Assembly: GCA_964590575.1 (NCBI GenBank)
Contig: CAZPWM010000003.1
Span: forward strand, 4,587 to 68,586
DNA length: 64,000 bases
Direction of reading: 5' to 3'
DNA from: an uncultured archaeon
GTDB lineage: Archaea; Asgardarchaeota; Thorarchaeia; Thorarchaeales; Thorarchaeaceae
Positions 8,389 to 16,592 of this stretch are shown piece by piece (the first letter of the stretch is position 1; each line of letters begins with the position of its first letter). A program made the position numbers and the translations under genes. The notes under the pieces are model-generated. The model ran no database searches, had not been told where the DNA came from, and worked only from the letters and a program-made list of their open reading frames with translations.

Positions 8389-8955
8389 ATGTCTGAAGAT
8401 GCAGTCTGGAAAAATGCAATTGAGTATACGCAATTTCTGAAAGGTGCGCGTGAGAATGTAGAAATCATGAAAGCGAGATATAATGATCTTCAGATAACTG
8501 AACAAGATCTTGAACATCTTCGCAGCCTTCAGAATAACCTCCGGATACTTGTCATTGGCACTGACCGGTGTAATGATACCGCTGGCAATGTACCTATTCT
8601 AGCCAAAATGACTGCAATCTCATCCAAATTGCAGTTACGTATTCTTGACAGTGATGCCAATGCAACATATCATCAGCAGTTCAAGGTCAACGGAAAGAGG
8701 AAGACCCCTGTTGTACTCTTTCTAAATGAAAAGCATGAAGAGCTGTGTCGATGGGTCGAAAGGTCAAATGCTGCTTACAAGGTAATCAATGAGGGGACGA
8801 ATCCATCCTTAGAGCGCCGACAGAAGGAGCTAAAGACACTATACAGCGACCCGGAGATTCAACGACAGAGCGTGAAGGAGTTCTTGGGTCTAATACTTAG
8901 GGCCGATTATATTCTAGGAAGAGCTAAACATGGTACACCCTCAAGGGAAGGCTGA
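8389..8955 (+). CDS. thioredoxin-fold protein (Thioredoxin_9-like)
   Basis: ILVIGTDRCND..GNVP.LAK, RKTPVVLFL, RWVER. Confidence 0.8.
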   Translation: MSEDAVWKNAIEYTQFLKGARENVEIMKARYNDLQITEQDLEHLRSLQNNLRILVIGTDRCNDTAGNVPILAKMTAISSKLQLRILDSDANATYHQQFKVNGKRKTPVVLFLNEKHEELCRWVERSNAAYKVINEGTNPSLERRQKELKTLYSDPEIQRQSVKEFLGLILRADYILGRAKHGTPSREG

Positions 8956-9586
8956 CTGGACTAACGATGAACATGTTCAACGAATGGCGAAATCCTACAA
9001 TGTGAGATATGATGACGAATTCTGGAGAGCATTTGAATCTCTCACAGGTAGAAAAACCAGATCTATTGTTGCTGACTTTGGATGTGGACCTGGATTACTG
9101 CTCGTTGATCTTGCGAACCGATTCCACGCTCACACTGCTATAGCGATTGATGAGAGTGAGCAAATGCTTGTTCTTGCAGAAACTCATCTCAAAGAGCGAA
9201 CTGACCTTAAATCTATTCAGATTCAACAAGTGAACTTCGATGCTGATAGGATGCAGGTTGATCCTGATAGTATCGACTTTGCGTTCTCAGGGTTTATGCT
9301 TCATGAGGTTGCTAATCCAGGTGATTTTGTATCAAAAGTCTACAATCTTGTCAAATCTGGTGGTATCTATGTTGTTTATGATTATGTATCTGGAAACGAA
9401 GAGATGTTCGTCAAAAAAATGAGTGGACAAAGGATGAGTGCGGAACAAGCTCGAAAGCGATACCCACATATGTGTAAGCACTCTGCAGACGATATCATAG
9501 CGATATTAGAAACCTCTGGGTTCTCAGACTGTCGCTCGCTGATCATTGGTGATATTCGCGCAGTTGTAGTAGGACTAAAGAGGTAA
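8930..9586 (+). CDS. class I SAM-dependent methyltransferase
   Basis: VADFGCGPG, AIDESEQML, FMLHEV, VKSGG. Confidence 0.88.
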   Translation: MVHPQGKADWTNDEHVQRMAKSYNVRYDDEFWRAFESLTGRKTRSIVADFGCGPGLLLVDLANRFHAHTAIAIDESEQMLVLAETHLKERTDLKSIQIQQVNFDADRMQVDPDSIDFAFSGFMLHEVANPGDFVSKVYNLVKSGGIYVVYDYVSGNEEMFVKKMSGQRMSAEQARKRYPHMCKHSADDIIAILETSGFSDCRSLIIGDIRAVVVGLKR

Positions 9587-9625
9587 GCAGACATACAATC
9601 GCTTGAAAACAGAGAGTCGAAAACC

Positions 9626-9829
9626 ATGTCCTCTTCTAACAGAACGGCTTCCCCATGGGCGCACGATGAATCCGACTTGAAGTGTCCAAGATGTGGGAGT
9701 AACCGCATAGCGCGAATACTTGACTCATGGTCCCGCCCTCGGGGTGTTCAGATGCTCAAGTGTACATCGTGTGGGAAGAAATTCTATGAAAGAGGATACG
9801 ATGACTATCGACCGACATTTATCAGATAA
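9626..9829 (+). CDS. small zinc-ribbon protein
   Basis: CPRCGS...KCTSCGKKF. Lies 21 nt upstream of priL on the same strand. Confidence 0.7.
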   Translation: MSSSNRTASPWAHDESDLKCPRCGSNRIARILDSWSRPRGVQMLKCTSCGKKFYERGYDDYRPTFIR

Positions 9830-9850
9830 CCAGCGAGTGGAGCGAGTAAC

Positions 9851-10987
9851 TTGTCAAGACAACTTCACCAGATGAAATATCCTTTCTCACTTCAAGCTAG
9901 GCAAGCCTCACAAAAGCTGGCTCGGGATTTGGGTGTTCTCGTTGACCTTCTAGAAGACCCGGAAAATCACTATATCGTAGATGAAGCAGGAGCACGTGTC
10001 TATGCAGCTCTCACTCAATCTCAGATTCGATATCCTACTATGGAAAACGAGAAGGATGTTCTAATCTACCCAACAGCACGACTGATTGTTGAGGAACTTG
10101 GCCTTCCTCAGGTTCGTGCACTCCAAGCTGAGGCTGAATCTAAGGAAGCCAATCGACAACTTGGCAAAGAGGACAATGCATTAGTTTCTGATCTGTGTAA
10201 AACTTCATTCAACTGGAGCATAGACTCTATCGGAGATATAACACAGCGGTCTAAACTCCCATTGATGCTTCGAACTTACGAGCTGAAAATCCGGTTTGAG
10301 AATTACCTTGAAGTTGCTCCGGCTTTTCATAGTGAGGAATGGAGTCTCATCAATCGCTTTGTCGACAAGGGATGGATTCTCATTCGACGATCTGAATTGG
10401 ATCGACTAATCTCAGGCAAGTTTAGACAACTCATCATGCAGGGTAGATTTGACATTCCGAAAATGTCCCAGAGACTGATTGAAGCAGTTCAACGTATCGA
10501 GGCTGAAACTAAAGGCAGGATTCGTCAAACCGAACCGGTGAAAATGACAGAAACCCTTGCATCTGCTTTTCCACCATGTATCCAAAAGATGTACGATGAT
10601 TCCGTTAGAGGTGATGTCAATCTATCCCATGACGCACGATTTGCACTTGCTGCATTTCTTCTTAAGATTGGGATGGAAAGGGATGAGGTAGAAACTGTGT
10701 TCAGCGGTTCTCCGGACAAGAACACCAGTCTCATCGGATATCAAGTCCAGCATATCGCATCGAAAAGGTCCATGGGTGCAGATGACGAGGGTTATACACC
10801 TCCTGGATGCAAGAAACTGCAGGTCAATAATCTCTGCCCCGTTTACCTAGGGACAGCCTCTGATCCTTTGTGTGAATATATTTTGAATCCCCTCAGTTTC
10901 TATCAGACACGTGCGTGGGAAATAACAAAGGGCATACAAGATCACTCATGGTACGCAAGAAAACGTGACAAGAAGCAGAACTTCTAG
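9851..10987 (+). CDS. priL: DNA primase large subunit
   Basis: FPPCI, LSHDARFALAAFL, YQVQH, YTPPGC..L....LCP Fe-S domain. Alternative ATG at 9872. Confidence 0.93.
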   Translation: MSRQLHQMKYPFSLQARQASQKLARDLGVLVDLLEDPENHYIVDEAGARVYAALTQSQIRYPTMENEKDVLIYPTARLIVEELGLPQVRALQAEAESKEANRQLGKEDNALVSDLCKTSFNWSIDSIGDITQRSKLPLMLRTYELKIRFENYLEVAPAFHSEEWSLINRFVDKGWILIRRSELDRLISGKFRQLIMQGRFDIPKMSQRLIEAVQRIEAETKGRIRQTEPVKMTETLASAFPPCIQKMYDDSVRGDVNLSHDARFALAAFLLKIGMERDEVETVFSGSPDKNTSLIGYQVQHIASKRSMGADDEGYTPPGCKKLQVNNLCPVYLGTASDPLCEYILNPLSFYQTRAWEITKGIQDHSWYARKRDKKQNF

Positions 10988-11814
10988 ACTTTGCATCTTG
11001 TGTAATGATAGAGATATTCTTGAGCATAGCCTGCATATCTGCCAAAGTAATTCCTCGCTGCTTCTGTCCTTTTTGAATACGATTTTCCTGTTGTTGTGAA
11101 CACACCATAGTGTTCCTGAATCACGCGTTCAATCCAAACATCAATAGGAAAAGCTTCCAGAAATCCTAGTGAGAATAAACTCACGCAGTCTGCAACTTTA
11201 TCACCAACCCCATGAAGTTTCTTCAGCTGTTTGTGCGCTTCACGATAGTCCATGGATACTAGCTTGTCCTCGGTAACCTCCCCTGCTGTTATTGCTTCTG
11301 TTGACTTTACGATAAATTCGGACCTCCACGCTAGTCCAAGTTTCTTGAGGTCACTGACTGTTGCTTCTGATAACTCTAAAGGACTTGGCATTCCATAGAA
11401 TGTCTTTCCTCTGAACTCATAAGATGGACCCCATTTCCTTCGTATAGAACCCGTCATGTTCCGGATTGCAGGTACATTCTTCCATACTGAACAGAGAAAT
11501 GAAACAAGACAGGGAAAGAAGGGGTCATTAATGATACGCAAGTTCGGTGCGAAATCTATACTCTTCTTCATAATTCCATCTCTGGTGATCTCACGATGGA
11601 TTTGATCCAACGGGTCCTCTAGCCTGAAAAGTTTTGAGAGGTTGACGTCACTTTCTGATGTGTCATAGAATAGTGTGTTTCCCTTCTGTTCTACGTAAAC
11701 GACCTGCCCAATATCCGCGTTGATATATCCCTCGCCTTCTTTGATCCAACAAAATGTCTGTCCACATTCCAATGAGTCACTGAGACTGAAACTTTTGACC
11801 TTTAGACTTCTCAT
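10984..11814 (-). CDS. 8-oxoguanine DNA glycosylase/AP lyase (OGG1/AlkA HhH-GPD family)
   Basis: SLECGQTF, HhH motif LHGVGDKVADC, FPIDVWI, YAGYAQEYLY. Confidence 0.92.
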   Translation of the reverse strand: MRSLKVKSFSLSDSLECGQTFCWIKEGEGYINADIGQVVYVEQKGNTLFYDTSESDVNLSKLFRLEDPLDQIHREITRDGIMKKSIDFAPNLRIINDPFFPCLVSFLCSVWKNVPAIRNMTGSIRRKWGPSYEFRGKTFYGMPSPLELSEATVSDLKKLGLAWRSEFIVKSTEAITAGEVTEDKLVSMDYREAHKQLKKLHGVGDKVADCVSLFSLGFLEAFPIDVWIERVIQEHYGVFTTTGKSYSKRTEAARNYFGRYAGYAQEYLYHYTRCKV

Positions 11815-11910
11815 CAGAAGACTACCTAGTTAACCTCGAAATGAGTATTGTGCTCCGGCTGCTATTAACAGATAGACAATGCTAAAACGAAAGCCCTCTG
11901 ATGGTTATAT

Positions 11911-11979
11911 TGCGGCAGTGATGAGCCTCCATTGTGAGATTGTGAACAAATGATCGACCTAAGGGGTATCTGAGCCGTG
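11911..11979 (+). ncRNA. box C/D sRNA (2'-O-methylation guide)
   Basis: Box C GTGATGA at 11918-11924, C'-like ATGATCG at 11950-11956, box D CTGA at 11970-11973, terminal stem GCGGC/GCCGT. Confidence 0.7.
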
Positions 11980-12006
11980 GGCTCAGCTCATTTTTAGCTG
12001 AGCCAC
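11977..12006 (+). terminator. GC-rich hairpin with a T5 loop after the sRNA
   Basis: GTG-G-GCTCAGCT-cattttt-AGCTGAGC-CAC (8 bp plus 3 bp). Confidence 0.5.
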
Positions 12007-12250
12007 CTCTTCTATTGAATCTGTCAATTAGCAACATAATCACAAATCATGGTTCCCTATTGAACAACTTGAGAGTTGTTTATATCTTACAAACATGATA
12101 TGGAATTGAGATTGAATTAACACATCTTATATCTCAAGGAGTAATTCCCAGTGCCGTTTCTGGGAGGACAGAACTCCTGTGTTCAATTTTGTCCAAAATA
12201 CAATGAACGGTATCTGAGCCGCACCGCCACCAAAATCCACCAGTTGTAGC

Positions 12251-12745
12251 TTACTCAACTTCTGAAATATTTAGAGCTCTGGTTTTCACGATTTCAACAA
12301 GCTCTTCTGTTTCATCAATATTGATGATACGGATGCCTACACCAGCATCGTTCTCTCTGTTTGACCAACTCACTATGGCCTGTGTATTCATAGGAATATC
12401 ATCAGGTTTTATTTCAGTATCTCCGATGCACCAGAACCTAGGTATGTTTACTGACTTCATTCCTTCTACAATTAGATAATCGTACTTGGACAACCTCTCC
12501 ATCTCGTCGGGACCAATCCGGTCTGCGAACCTTGTAGACTCTGTGCCAGGGCCAAGAAAGATTGACAGTGAGGCTCCAGCCTGCATATGCCTCCAAGTAT
12601 CTGTTCCCCGATCAGGTCCTGCTTGATGTCTTGAACTCTTTATTGTGGCCACAGAATGCCCACTCTTGACTAGTGATATGATAATTGCTTCTACAAGCGT
12701 TGTTTTTCCTGTGCCTGAAAATCCTGAAACTGCAAATACTCGCAT
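12251..12745 (-). CDS. mobB: molybdopterin-guanine dinucleotide biosynthesis protein B
   Basis: VSGFSGTGKTT, VATIK, DT.RH..AGA, DYLIVEGMK. Confidence 0.88.
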   Translation of the reverse strand: MRVFAVSGFSGTGKTTLVEAIIISLVKSGHSVATIKSSRHQAGPDRGTDTWRHMQAGASLSIFLGPGTESTRFADRIGPDEMERLSKYDYLIVEGMKSVNIPRFWCIGDTEIKPDDIPMNTQAIVSWSNRENDAGVGIRIINIDETEELVEIVKTRALNISEVE

Positions 12746-12849
12746 TGCGCTCTTCTCTGAACTGTTCGCATAAGGTAGTTTCGTTTTGCTAAGGGTTGTT
12801 CTTGTGGTCTTTCAAAACATGCTCAAAGAGGGAGCCTTAAAACGGGGTC

Positions 12850-13653
12850 ATGTCCAATCCGATGTTGGTGAAAATACCCTTGGCTAGCGAGAAGCATGTG
12901 GCAGTTGAATGCATAGATGTCCATCGTGAGTTCCAAGATGGCTCACGAGTCATTAAAGTACTACAGGGAACCAATCTAATAGTCAATAGAGGCGAGTTTG
13001 TAGCTATTGTAGGCGCTTCTGGATCCGGAAAGACCACTCTTCTCAATATTATTGGCGGTCTAGATCAACCGACCTCAGGGACAATTCTTGTCGACGGTGA
13101 CAACATCACGGAGCTCAATGATGATGAGATGTCTGAGATTCGACGTCACAAGATTGGGGTTTTATTCCAAGACCAGCACCTTTTACCCATCTTTACAGCC
13201 CTCGAGAATGTCGAAGTTCCCATGCTTCTTGATGATGTTCCTCCAACAGAGCGAAGAGAGCGTGCAAAAAAGCTCTTAGAGAATGTCCTAGTCGATCATA
13301 GAGCGCAGCACATGCCTCACGAACTATCCGGTGGGATGCGATCACGTGTTGCTCTAGCCCGAGCTCTTGCTAATGAACCTGCTATCCTTCTATGTGATGA
13401 ACCCACAGGGGATTTGGACCACAAGACCGGGGGAGAGGTCATCCAGCTGATGAGAGACCTTGCTAAGAAAAAGAATCTTGCAGTACTAGCAGCCACACAC
13501 GATCCAGAAACTGCTCGGATGGCAGACAGGATTCTTCTTCTCAGAGATGGCGTACTGGTAGATGAGCTTGTAGGCGACTTCTTCAAGCACAGTAAGGTCG
13601 ATATGAGCAAACAACGTCGTGATGCGGAAGTTGGTGAAAGTGCGTCTATCTAG
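12850..13653 (+). CDS. ABC transporter ATP-binding protein (LolD/MacB type)
   Basis: GASGSGKTT, LSGG, LCDEPTGDLD, ATHD. Confidence 0.95.
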   Translation: MSNPMLVKIPLASEKHVAVECIDVHREFQDGSRVIKVLQGTNLIVNRGEFVAIVGASGSGKTTLLNIIGGLDQPTSGTILVDGDNITELNDDEMSEIRRHKIGVLFQDQHLLPIFTALENVEVPMLLDDVPPTERRERAKKLLENVLVDHRAQHMPHELSGGMRSRVALARALANEPAILLCDEPTGDLDHKTGGEVIQLMRDLAKKKNLAVLAATHDPETARMADRILLLRDGVLVDELVGDFFKHSKVDMSKQRRDAEVGESASI

Positions 13654-13664
13654 GAGTGAACTAA

Positions 13665-16580
13665 ATGGGCATGCCAAGGAACTCGAAGCAATTCAAGACA
13701 AAGGGGAACCGAGCATACGGTCTCTCTTATGCCCTCAGCGCACTCAGAGCGAATCCCTTCAGAGCTCTTAGTCTAGCTCTAACATTGAGTCTTGGAATCA
13801 GTCTCTTTGCATCAACGATGGTCTGGGGCGACACTGGTATCTTCGTAAGTATCTATGATTATCTAGAAAACAGCGCGTATCAGATAAATGTGGACTCAGA
13901 ACCCGGAGTTCCTGAAGCTCTCGGAATGGCTGAGGCTTATATGAACCAGAACCAATTCGTAGAGGAAACCCACCGTATCAACTCCACAGTTGGCTTGGTC
14001 TGGGGTACGAATATATCCGATAGTATAGAATATGACATAGATGATCCAAATTATAGTTACGGGATAAAGGACTGCAGAGTAGTATTCGTGGATAATGAGT
14101 TTCTGAACAAGACTGCTTTCGAGTTTGCGATTGAAGGTGCATTCGAGCTCGGTGCTGGCGAGATTATAGTATCTCGAATGTTTGTAGGGTATGTAGACCA
14201 AGTTTTTGATATCACTCTTCAAATTAATGACACAATAGATGTTGAACTACTGACTGGAGATGTAACTTATTCACCGTCAGGTGACATGCAGTCATTACCA
14301 CTGAGTATGCTAGACCGCATGAGTATGACCAATCTCAGGATTGTCGGCATTTTTGACCTTCGAACATTTGGTTCAATAATCGAGCGGGCTCTTCCCTCAT
14401 ACGAGGATGGGCGGGCTAATTGGAATAATACTAACCTACGATATGATGTGATGGGGCTTCGAGATAGCATCTTCATGCGCGAAGACGCAATCCCTCAAGG
14501 AGCACTCTCGGAGAATGGGTTCTTTGGTGAAACAATGCTCGTCAGATTTTCAGCAGGTGCACTAGCAGATGATGGTCCACAGAATGTCGCGACTAATCTC
14601 TTTGAGTTGACAATCCGGACAGACGAGTTATACAACATCACGTGGTCTGGCTATGATAAGATTTGGGAACTCCAAGGTGTTGTCAATACCTACGTTTCAA
14701 CTTTGGACCTCTCTATTCTCGCCTTACCAATCATCCTACTAGCTCTGTTCTTTTCGGTATTTGCTGCTGACACTTTCATGGCACCTCGTAATGTTGAGGC
14801 AGGTATTATTCGGTCTAAGGGTGCAAGTTACTCACAAGTATCATCTATATTCTTGTGGGAATCCGCGGTGATTGCAGTACTCTCGATAGGGCTTGGTATT
14901 TTGTTTAGCGTACTCTTTGCACCATTAATTCCATCAACTACGAGTTTTATGACCTTTGACTGGGATATCTACACATTCTATCTGTCAAATACGGTTGTCA
15001 GTTTCAACACAATTATTCGAGCGATTGGTCTTACTGTCCTTCCCAGTCTATTATTCATCCTCTACCTAGCAAGAAGAGCAGCTTCAGTTGAAATCAGTCT
15101 TTCATTAGCTGAAGTGGCTCAGGATTCAACTGAACAGTCAGAAGCACATGGGTTCACAATTGGAGCATCCATCTTCCTTCTAGCATTGGTTATAGTCATG
15201 ATGCATATTCTCCCCCGACACCCAGTTCTTTTTTTGATGGAACTTGGGATGGGGACTGCTGCTTGGTTCTTCATAGCTTACAACGGGTCACGGATTTCTC
15301 GAGTGGGTCTTGCAAAGGTGTCTGAGAAATTATCGTTTGTGCTGGGCCAGAAGAATCTAATATCCGCCGGATACCTGAAGATGCGAAAGGGAAGAATCAT
15401 CCCGCTCATGGTTGTTCTTGCTCTCACCATGTCATCGACCATCGCATTTGCTGTACAATCTGAGAGTCTCAGAGTTGATCTAGACCGTGAAGTTACATAT
15501 GCTCTAGGTTCTGATCTTCGTATAGATTGTACTATTCGTGAGTTCAATTTTAGCTACGACTTAGAAACCTATGATGGTGTCAATAATTCGATGCCAGTAT
15601 TGAGGACTTGGGCAAGAGTGGGTCCTGATGAGTTGAGTATCGAAGCGTTATATCCCCTCGAGTATGCAGCGATGGGTAAGTTTGACCAATCAAGTTTCAG
15701 AGGTCAATCGCCCGAATCTGTTCTATCGGCGCTGGCAGCTGTGCCCAATGGTATAGTCCTAAGTGAATACCATGCAAATCGATGGAACAAGACGGTAGGA
15801 TCAAGCCTCACTATGGAGATGAGTGGAGTCGGTTCAAACCAACTCGTTGAATTCCAGGTCGTTGGAGTGGTTTTTAGTGCGCCTGGTTTTGGCTATGCTT
15901 CACATACTGATATTCCATACAGCCCTCTTGGAGCTGGTTTTGGATTCTACTCTGGCTATAGTGGATTTGCACTGACAAACATTGAGTTCATTGAAGGGGT
16001 CATTCAGAGACACGAAACCACGCTCTTCATGGTTGACCTTGAGGACGATGCTAATCGAACACTCTTATTTGAAGAGATTTCAGCTTTATCAGGGGTAAAC
16101 CCAAACACACCCGAGGAGTTCGACCTGAAATCCTACTCTCTCCAGACAGCACTCTTTCTGAACACGGTCGAGGGTCTTTTCTCAATTGGTTTTGTTATGT
16201 CGCTGACCCTTAGTGTTTTTGCTCTCTCAATCTCACTGGGATCTGTTGTGAGAGAACGTCGCAAAGAATATGCTATCATGCGTGCAATTGGAGGGTCCAA
16301 AAAACAGATTGTTAGTATGGTCTTCTCGGAATTCTCAGGAGTAGTGTTCGCATCATTGGCACTTAGCTTGATTCTAGGTGCAGTTTTTGGGTATGTCATG
16401 GGCTTTCTACTGAATGTGATGAGTCCATTCTCTAGAACTTTGGCTGCAACTATTGCATTTCCCTTTAACTTCCTTGCGATTGTTCTGTTTATCGAGATAT
16501 TGACAATGATTATCGGGTCTTACCTGCCAGCAAGAGAAGCCGCGAGGACAGACCCCGCTGTTGTACTAAGAAATATGTGA
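13665..16580 (+). CDS. FtsX/MacB-like ABC permease (two FtsX domains)
   Basis: Multiple TMs, IRSKGAS, ERRKEYAIMRAIGG, PAREAARTDPAVVLR. Confidence 0.9.
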   Translation: MGMPRNSKQFKTKGNRAYGLSYALSALRANPFRALSLALTLSLGISLFASTMVWGDTGIFVSIYDYLENSAYQINVDSEPGVPEALGMAEAYMNQNQFVEETHRINSTVGLVWGTNISDSIEYDIDDPNYSYGIKDCRVVFVDNEFLNKTAFEFAIEGAFELGAGEIIVSRMFVGYVDQVFDITLQINDTIDVELLTGDVTYSPSGDMQSLPLSMLDRMSMTNLRIVGIFDLRTFGSIIERALPSYEDGRANWNNTNLRYDVMGLRDSIFMREDAIPQGALSENGFFGETMLVRFSAGALADDGPQNVATNLFELTIRTDELYNITWSGYDKIWELQGVVNTYVSTLDLSILALPIILLALFFSVFAADTFMAPRNVEAGIIRSKGASYSQVSSIFLWESAVIAVLSIGLGILFSVLFAPLIPSTTSFMTFDWDIYTFYLSNTVVSFNTIIRAIGLTVLPSLLFILYLARRAASVEISLSLAEVAQDSTEQSEAHGFTIGASIFLLALVIVMMHILPRHPVLFLMELGMGTAAWFFIAYNGSRISRVGLAKVSEKLSFVLGQKNLISAGYLKMRKGRIIPLMVVLALTMSSTIAFAVQSESLRVDLDREVTYALGSDLRIDCTIREFNFSYDLETYDGVNNSMPVLRTWARVGPDELSIEALYPLEYAAMGKFDQSSFRGQSPESVLSALAAVPNGIVLSEYHANRWNKTVGSSLTMEMSGVGSNQLVEFQVVGVVFSAPGFGYASHTDIPYSPLGAGFGFYSGYSGFALTNIEFIEGVIQRHETTLFMVDLEDDANRTLLFEEISALSGVNPNTPEEFDLKSYSLQTALFLNTVEGLFSIGFVMSLTLSVFALSISLGSVVRERRKEYAIMRAIGGSKKQIVSMVFSEFSGVVFASLALSLILGAVFGYVMGFLLNVMSPFSRTLAATIAFPFNFLAIVLFIEILTMIIGSYLPAREAARTDPAVVLRNM

Positions 16581-16592
16581 GGTGATAAGAAG

